Notes under the pieces: model-generated
Database searches by the model: none
The model's input: only the letters and a program-made list of their open reading frames with translations
What the model was told of the DNA's origin: nothing
Part shown: piece after piece, positions 57,852 through 64,000 of the stretch
How positions within the stretch are numbered: position 1 is the first letter of the stretch
How the letters are laid out: each line of letters starts with the position of its first letter
Translations under genes and position numbers: made by a program
Assembly (NCBI GenBank): GCA_965228735.1
Contig: OZ245838.1
Span: 992,001 to 1,056,000, forward strand
Reading direction: 5' to 3'
DNA: 64,000 nucleotides
DNA from: Planctomycetota bacterium
GTDB lineage: Bacteria > Planctomycetota > UBA1135 > UBA2386

Positions 57852-58035
57852 CGCGTCGGCCTCCGCGGCGGCGCGCTCGCACCGATGTGGGACGCGCCGT
57901 TGCTGCGGCCGAACCGACAGTGCGACGGGGCTCACCGCGCCGGGCCGGAAGGTGCCCGGCGGGGTGCCAACCGCGCCGGCGACTTTCCTGCGGCATCACC
58001 GAGCCGAGCCGGTAGGCTCCTCGGCCCCTTCGCGC

Positions 58036-60561
58036 ATGACCGACCACTCGCATCCTGCCCTGCGCCGCCCGTGGCTCACGATCGCGCTGCTCGCCGGCGC
58101 GCTGCTCGCGTTCCAGGTGCTGCTCACGCGCGTCTGCGCGCTGCGGCTGCACTTTCATTTCGGCTTCCTGATCATCAGCAACAGCCTGCTCGGGATCGGC
58201 GCGTCCGGCTCGCTGCTCGCGTTGCTCGATCGCGTCTGGCGAAGGAACCCGCAGCTGTGGATCGCGATCTTCTCCGCGCTCTTCGTGGTCAGCCTGCCGC
58301 TGTCGTGGGCCTATCTGCTCACGGCAAAGATCCCCGAACAGCTGAAGTTCGTGGTCGACGAGCAGGTGATGTGGGCGGACATCGGCAAGTTCTCGCTCTT
58401 CAACCTCGTCTGCGCGGTGCCGTTCTTCTTCGGCGGCACGGCGATCGGTCTGCTGCTGTCGGCCCACGCCAAACGCGTGCACTCGGTCTACGCCGCGGAC
58501 CTGCTCGGCGCGGCCGTCGGTTGCCTGCTGTGCCCGATCCTGCTCTGGCCCGTCGGCGCCGGCGGGTGCTTCGCGGTGACGGTGGCGCTCGCGTGCATTG
58601 CCACGATCACGTCGCTGCCTGCCGGCGGCCGCAAGCTGCTGCGGCCGGTGTTCGCGGTGCTCGCGCTCGGCTGCCTCGCGGTCGCGCCGTGGACCGACGA
58701 CTGGTTCCCGGTGCCCGGCAAGCGTTACCTCGACCTCACGGCGAAGCACGCCGTCGAACAGTACGGTCGCTCGCTCTACTCGCAGTGGTCCGTCAATTCG
58801 CGGGTCGACGTGCTGCGCATGCCCGGGGGTGTGAACTACCTGCAGTCGCGCGGGCAGAAGGCGCTCGCGATGCCGCTGCCGCGCCAGTGGTGGATCGCGC
58901 AGGACGGCGATGCCGGCACGTTCCTCACCGACTTCGGGTCCGAACCCGACAAGCGTGAGGTCCTGAAGTGGACGACCTACTCCGCGTCGTTCCACCTCAA
59001 GCAGGGGACCGAGCCCAAGGTGTGCATCATCGGCGTCGGCGGGGCGCCCGACCTCTGGGCCGCAAAGGTCCACGACCCGAGCCTGATCCGCGGGATCGAG
59101 CTCAACCAGTCGATCATCGACATCCACTCCGGCGTCGCGGCCGAGTTCTCGAAAGAGCTGCTCGACGACCCGCGCGTCGAGATCATCTGTGGCGAGGGCC
59201 GGTCGACGCTCATGCGCGACTCGGAGCGCTACGACATCATCCAGCTCACGGGCATCGACACGTGGACCGCGCTGACGTCCGGCGCCTACGTCCTCGCGGA
59301 GAACTACCTCTACACCGTCGAGGCGTGCCGCACGATGTACGACCGGCTCGCCGACGGCGGCGTGCTGCAGATCGCGCGCATGGCGGCCGACATGGAGACC
59401 ATCCGGCTGCTGCAGAACATGCACGCCGCATTGCCCGAGGCCGCGCGCGAACGGTTCCTCGACTCCGTGATCGTGCTGTCGACGCTCGACGGCCTGCGCA
59501 CGGTGATGCTCAAGAAGGGCGTGTTCGAAGCCACCGAGGTGCAAAAGGTCGACAGCTGGGCGGAAGAGTCCGGCATCCAGCGCGTGCACGTCCCGGGCGG
59601 CACGTTCGACAACGGGGTCACGGAGTACCTGAAGACCCCCGACAAGGCCGCGTTCACGCGGCAGTACGAGTACGACATCCGGCCGACGACCGACGACTGG
59701 CCCTACTTCTTCAGCTTCCTGCGCTGGGACAAGCCGGAGAAGGCGGCGGAGAGCCTGCGCAAGCACGAGCCGACCTGGGTCGTGCAGGGCAACCCACTGT
59801 TCCTCTGGATCCAGCTCGCCCTCAGTGCCGCGGCAGCGCTCGTGCTCATCGTGCTGCCGCTCCTGTTCCGCGTCGGTTCGACCAACCGGTCGCGCGACGG
59901 CGCGCTGCCGTTCCTCGCGTTCTTCGCGGTGCTCGGGCTCGGGTTCATCGGCATCGAGATCGCGTTGATCCAGAAGTTCACGCTGCTGCTCGGGCAGCCG
60001 CTCTACTCGATCGTCGTGACGCTGTTCTCGATCCTCGTGTTCACGGGCATCGGCAGCTACCTCTGCGGCAAGCTCCTGAAGCCGGGCTCGATCCTCGCGT
60101 GGTTCGTCCCGGTCGTGATCCTCGGGTGGATGATCTACGTCGCGCTCAGCAGCGAGGAGATCGTCGCCAACGCGATCGGGCTGCCGCTGTGGCAACGCGC
60201 GCTGATCGTCGCGGGGCTGATCGCGCCGGCCGGGCTCGGACTCGGCATGCCGTTCGCCTACGGCATCTCGATCGTCGAACGCATCAACAGCTCGTTCGTC
60301 CCGTGGGCCTGGGCCGTGAACGGGACGCTGACAGTCATCGGCTCGATCTTCACGGTCATCGTCTCGATGCAGGTCGGGTTCGCCGCGGTGCTCATCGGTT
60401 CGGCGTCGCTCTACGTGCTCGGCTTCGCCGCGATCCACGGCGTTGGCCGGCGCGCGGCCGCACTTGCCACGGACGCGGAGGTGGCCGACGACGATGAGCC
60501 GGGCGAGGAAGTCCTCGACGAGGACAGGGGCGAGGACGAGCCGCTCGGCGCCGGCGCCTGA
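58036..60561 (+). CDS. Membrane protein with a central spermidine-synthase-like SAM-binding domain
   Basis: TM block with YAADLLGAAVG, central CIIGVGGAPD, GIELN, GEGRS, YDII, ENYLYTVEA, PTTDDWPYF, then TM block with GMPF and WAWAVNG. Confidence 0.85.
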   Translation: MTDHSHPALRRPWLTIALLAGALLAFQVLLTRVCALRLHFHFGFLIISNSLLGIGASGSLLALLDRVWRRNPQLWIAIFSALFVVSLPLSWAYLLTAKIPEQLKFVVDEQVMWADIGKFSLFNLVCAVPFFFGGTAIGLLLSAHAKRVHSVYAADLLGAAVGCLLCPILLWPVGAGGCFAVTVALACIATITSLPAGGRKLLRPVFAVLALGCLAVAPWTDDWFPVPGKRYLDLTAKHAVEQYGRSLYSQWSVNSRVDVLRMPGGVNYLQSRGQKALAMPLPRQWWIAQDGDAGTFLTDFGSEPDKREVLKWTTYSASFHLKQGTEPKVCIIGVGGAPDLWAAKVHDPSLIRGIELNQSIIDIHSGVAAEFSKELLDDPRVEIICGEGRSTLMRDSERYDIIQLTGIDTWTALTSGAYVLAENYLYTVEACRTMYDRLADGGVLQIARMAADMETIRLLQNMHAALPEAARERFLDSVIVLSTLDGLRTVMLKKGVFEATEVQKVDSWAEESGIQRVHVPGGTFDNGVTEYLKTPDKAAFTRQYEYDIRPTTDDWPYFFSFLRWDKPEKAAESLRKHEPTWVVQGNPLFLWIQLALSAAAALVLIVLPLLFRVGSTNRSRDGALPFLAFFAVLGLGFIGIEIALIQKFTLLLGQPLYSIVVTLFSILVFTGIGSYLCGKLLKPGSILAWFVPVVILGWMIYVALSSEEIVANAIGLPLWQRALIVAGLIAPAGLGLGMPFAYGISIVERINSSFVPWAWAVNGTLTVIGSIFTVIVSMQVGFAAVLIGSASLYVLGFAAIHGVGRRAAALATDAEVADDDEPGEEVLDEDRGEDEPLGAGA

Positions 60562-60585
60562 GCGCCCCCGGGCGCAGGGCGCGCG

Positions 60586-61497
60586 TCAGTCCGCAGTCTC
60601 GCTGCGTTCGCGACCCTGCGGGTGCGCCTTGTCGTAGACATCGCGCAATCGACCGACGGACACGTGCGTGTAGATCTCGGTCGTCACGAGCCGCGCGTGA
60701 CCGAGCAGTTCCTGCACCGTTCGCAGGTCGGCGCCGCGATCAAGCAGGTGCGTGGCGAACGAATGCCGGAGGCCGTGCGGCGTCAGGGGCGTGCCGATGC
60801 CGGCCCGCCGCGCGCGCTTTCGGACCGTCTCGAAGATCCAGCGCGCGCTGAGGCCCGTGCCGGTGCGGTTGAGCCACAGTGAGCCCGAGTCCGTCCGACG
60901 TGCATCGCGCAGCAGTTGCTTCCTCGCGGGCAGCCACGCCGTGATCGCCGCCGTCGCCGGGCCGCCGAGCAGACAGATGCGTTCCTTCCGGCCCTTGCCG
61001 AGCACCCGCACGACACCCTCGTCGAGGTCGAGATCGCCGAGCTGCATGCCGGCGCACTCGCTCACGCGGCAGCCCGAGGAATACAGCGTCTCGAGGATCG
61101 CGTGGTCGCGCCGGCCCTGCGGGCTGTCGTCGAACTCCTGGCCGAGCAGCGCGTCGACCTCGGCGCCCGTGAGGAACTTGGGCACCCGGCGCGGCGCCTT
61201 CGGTCCCTTCAGCAGCTTGGCCGGGTTCTTCTCGATGCGGCCGTCCTGCTGGGCCCACGCGAACAGCCCGCGCACGCTCGCGAGCTTGCGCTGCACGGAC
61301 GTGGGCTTGAGGCCCTGCTCCTCGAGCTCGACGAGGTAGCGGCGCAGCACGAAGCGGGACGCGTCGAGCGGCTCGCACTGTTGCGAGCGGGTCCACGCCG
61401 CGAAGTCACGGAGATCGCCGCGATAGGCCTTGAGCGTCGCGGGGCTCTTCTGCCGCGTGTTCGTCAGCCAATGCAGGTAGTCCTCGACGGCCGCCAT
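60586..61497 (-). CDS. xerC: Tyrosine recombinase of the XerC/XerD type
   Basis: SGCRVSE, GKGRKER, TPHGLRHSFATHLLDRGADLRTVQELLGH..TTEIYTHV..YDKAHP; XerC versus XerD not resolved by eye. Confidence 0.85.
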   Translation of the reverse strand: MAAVEDYLHWLTNTRQKSPATLKAYRGDLRDFAAWTRSQQCEPLDASRFVLRRYLVELEEQGLKPTSVQRKLASVRGLFAWAQQDGRIEKNPAKLLKGPKAPRRVPKFLTGAEVDALLGQEFDDSPQGRRDHAILETLYSSGCRVSECAGMQLGDLDLDEGVVRVLGKGRKERICLLGGPATAAITAWLPARKQLLRDARRTDSGSLWLNRTGTGLSARWIFETVRKRARRAGIGTPLTPHGLRHSFATHLLDRGADLRTVQELLGHARLVTTEIYTHVSVGRLRDVYDKAHPQGRERSETAD

Positions 61498-61564
61498 CCC
61501 GGATCGAGGGTAGTGGATGCGGCGGGTGCGTCCCACTACCGTTCGCGGCCCCGATGGCCACCCG

Positions 61565-62470
61565 ATGCACTACGTAGGCGAACTCTGCGCGCTCGGAACG
61601 GCGTTGAGCTGGGCCCTCAGCGGCATCTTCTTCGGCAGCGCGGCTCGCCGGGTCGGTGGCTTCGCGACGAACCACTTCCGCATCTGGGCGGCGTTGCTCC
61701 TGCTCGGGCTCGTGGTGCTGCTGACCGAGGGCCGGTTCTGGCCGGCCGACCTGACCGACAACGCCGCATGGTTGCTGCTGTTGTCCGGGGTGGTGGGGCT
61801 CGTGATCGGCGACATCGGATACTTCCACGCGCTCGCGACGATCGGCCCGCGCCTCGCGGCCGTGCTCATGGCGACCTGGCCGCTCATGGCGCTGGCGCTC
61901 GGGCCGGTCATCGGGGAGCCGTTCCAGGCGGCAACTCTGCCGGGCATCCTGCTGACCGTCGTCGGCGTCGTGCTCGTGCTGTGGCGCGGCAAGGAGAGCT
62001 CGGGTTGGAACGCAAACGTCACGGCGCGGCAACGGTGGTCCGGCATCGCCGGCGGCTTCCTCGCGGCCTTCGGCCAGGCCGGCGGGGTGATCCTGGCGCG
62101 AATGGCGTTCGCGGACGCCGAGATCCCGTCGCACAGCGCGACGCTCGTGCGTCTGCTCGCGGCGGTGCCCGCGTTGCAGATCATGGCGATCGTCTACCGG
62201 CAGCCGTTCGCCGGCACCGCCGTGACCCGTGATCGCCGCGCGCTCGTCGGCGCGCTGCTCGGCACGGTTGTCGGTCCCGTGGTCGGGGTGTGGATGTCGA
62301 TGGTGGCGACGCAATGGAGCGCGAACGTCGGCGTCGCGTCCGCCCTGATGGCGACAGCGCCGCTGTTCATGGTCCCGCTCGCGCGGATCGCCTACGGCTC
62401 GCGCCCGGGCGTGCTCGGCTGGATCGGCACGTGCCTCACGGTTGCCGGCGCGATGTGGCTGCTGCTGTGA
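61565..62470 (+). CDS. DMT/EamA family transporter
   Basis: About 10 TM helices, GELCALGTALSWA, SGVVGLVIGD, IGPRL, two EamA repeats. Confidence 0.9.
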   Translation: MHYVGELCALGTALSWALSGIFFGSAARRVGGFATNHFRIWAALLLLGLVVLLTEGRFWPADLTDNAAWLLLLSGVVGLVIGDIGYFHALATIGPRLAAVLMATWPLMALALGPVIGEPFQAATLPGILLTVVGVVLVLWRGKESSGWNANVTARQRWSGIAGGFLAAFGQAGGVILARMAFADAEIPSHSATLVRLLAAVPALQIMAIVYRQPFAGTAVTRDRRALVGALLGTVVGPVVGVWMSMVATQWSANVGVASALMATAPLFMVPLARIAYGSRPGVLGWIGTCLTVAGAMWLLL

Positions 62471-62477
62471 GGGCCGA

Positions 62478-63998
62478 TCAGTTGCCGATCCGCAGGTTCA
62501 GGGCGTTGGACGACGTCATGCCGAAGCCGTTGGCCTGCAGGTCCCCTGCGAACAGCTGGGCGTAGAATCGCGTGCCGAGCAGCGCCGTGAACGGGCCGAT
62601 CGGCAGGTCGAGATCGCACTCACCCTGGGCGTCCGAGTAGCCGTCCCGGATGACGTCAGGTCGGACGAGCAGCATGCAGCCCGGGGCCTGGAAGGGCGCG
62701 AGATCCGCGGGCAGCGCGTTGCCGAACCACGACGTGTTGTTCCAGCCCTGCAGCAGCCAGACGGGTCGCTCGGGCACGAGGTTCGTGCCCGTGAACGTGA
62801 TGGTCTCGCCGATGCGCGGGGCCGTCGACGACAGCGCCGGCGTGCCGTTGGTTCCCACACAGCCCGCGCCGAACGGCTGTCCGTCGGGTTCGGTGATGGT
62901 CGTCGTCCACATGCCGCGGCCGTGGGTGCCGACGAGCAGCGTCTCCGTGCCGCGCACGAACGTCACGGACTCGCAGCTCACGTCGGCAGGCCCAGCGTTG
63001 GTGGTCGACCAGGACGCGCCGTGGTCCGAGGTGCCGTAGATGCCGAGCTCCGTCGCGGCATAGTAGCGGCCGTCCAGGGTCGGGTGCTGCGCCAGGTCGT
63101 AGACCGGCGCGGCCGGGACACGGGTGGGCCAGGTGCCGGTCGCATCGCTCCACGAAGCGCCGGTGTTCGTCGTGCGCCGGATGTTGCCGGCGAAGAAGCC
63201 GCCGAGCCCGACCATGACCCGGCTCACGCTGACGCGATCGACGAGAATCGAGGTGATCATGCGATCGGGGAACGGATCGAGCGCGCCGTTGTCGTCTACC
63301 GTGATCCAGGACGGGGTGCCGGCCGTGGCGTTCCCAGTACGGTAGACCCGGCCGTCGTTGTAGCCGATCCAGACGGTGTTGGTGCTGTTCGGCGAGATCC
63401 CGATCGCGCTGATCCTGGAGCCGATCGGGCCGCGAATCGCGGTCCACGTCGGCGACGCCGAGCGCGCGTTCGAACAGCGCCAGAGCGAGCACCCGCCGGC
63501 GAACAGGTAATTGGTGTTGATCGCCGAGAGCTCGAGCGGTGCGACGAAGTTGGCGCACTGGGTCGCGTGATCGAGCAGGGTGGTCGCGATGAAGTTCACG
63601 CTCTGGGCGCCGTTCCAGGTTTGATGCACGCCGAGATGCGGCGTCGCGCCCCAGAACAGGTTCTCGTCGGTCGGGTCGATGAGCGAGATCGTGCCGTGTC
63701 CGCCGTAGATGCGCTCGGCACCCATGCCGCTGGTGGAGTCGATCAGGTGGCTGCCCGTGTCCTGGGCGCCGCCGACGAGCCGGCCGAGGACGTGGCCGTC
63801 GACGCCGTAGTATTGCGTCACGCGGTAGCCGTCGTTGCGGGCGGTCCAGTCGTGATTCGAGGGGATGTTGATGACTGCGTTGGCATACCACAGCCCCTCG
63901 GCCGTGGCGGTCCAGAGCCGCCCGTTGCTCGCGAAGTTGGTGTCCTCGGCGAACGCATGGAAGTGGTCCTGGGGATGGTCCGGATCGTTGCGGCCATC
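62478..63998 (-). CDS. Secreted BNR/Asp-box beta-propeller protein with shared C-terminal domain (5'-partial)
   Basis: Frame open to the window end; TQYY, GGAQDTG, TTNTGASW, TSDHGASW, GTHGRGMW; tail FGAGC...PRIG...APGCMLLV...LGTRFYAQ...SSNALNLRIGN. Confidence 0.85.
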   Translation of the reverse strand, partial: DGRNDPDHPQDHFHAFAEDTNFASNGRLWTATAEGLWYANAVINIPSNHDWTARNDGYRVTQYYGVDGHVLGRLVGGAQDTGSHLIDSTSGMGAERIYGGHGTISLIDPTDENLFWGATPHLGVHQTWNGAQSVNFIATTLLDHATQCANFVAPLELSAINTNYLFAGGCSLWRCSNARSASPTWTAIRGPIGSRISAIGISPNSTNTVWIGYNDGRVYRTGNATAGTPSWITVDDNGALDPFPDRMITSILVDRVSVSRVMVGLGGFFAGNIRRTTNTGASWSDATGTWPTRVPAAPVYDLAQHPTLDGRYYAATELGIYGTSDHGASWSTTNAGPADVSCESVTFVRGTETLLVGTHGRGMWTTTITEPDGQPFGAGCVGTNGTPALSSTAPRIGETITFTGTNLVPERPVWLLQGWNNTSWFGNALPADLAPFQAPGCMLLVRPDVIRDGYSDAQGECDLDLPIGPFTALLGTRFYAQLFAGDLQANGFGMTSSNALNLRIGN

Positions 63999-64000
63999 GG

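Noticed and set aside
60586..61497. Tyrosine recombinase as a prophage, integron or island integrase
   Set aside because: Size and motifs match housekeeping XerC/D, flanking genes are ordinary, and no att sites or cassettes were seen.

Overview
High-GC bacterial chromosomal window, probably from an uncultured Planctomycetota lineage (inferred from protein style, not from a marker gene). Left to right it holds: (i) the end of a GH63-like glucosidase, an SRPBCC lipoprotein and a large membrane-anchored beta-rich protein; (ii) an 8-gene exopolysaccharide/exosortase operon (Wza-like, Wzc-like, O-antigen ligase, AsnB amidotransferase, 2 GT4, exosortase-EpsI, deacetylase) behind a good sigma-54 promoter, converging on a giant TPR-like protein and a sigma-54 response regulator; (iii) a DUF58/BatABCD-type VWA operon with no MoxR; (iv) four secreted-protein genes, including a frameshifted copper radical oxidase, abutting tRNA-Leu(UAA)/tRNA-Cys; (v) housekeeping genes (ggt, rpe, accD, truD), a REP/BIME-like repeat cluster and recCBD; (vi) a ZIP-DUF318 fusion permease, eda, an M28 peptidase, a YtrA-GntR/ABC module with its operator, a membrane spermidine-synthase-like protein, xerC/D, a DMT transporter and a partial BNR-repeat protein. 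The best candidate for an undescribed system is a ~105-145 aa domain (G-x5-Q ... S-N-A/P terminal strand, often with two Cys) shared by five secreted proteins with four different cargo types, C-terminal in four and N-terminal in one, together with a strong bias for Gln right after the signal-peptidase site. This suggests a lineage-specific surface sorting or anchoring pathway. Smaller oddities are a triple start-stop 14-bp relay between wza and wzc and repeated leaderless-type TANNNT promoters. All protein calls come from motif recognition by eye; no searches were run.
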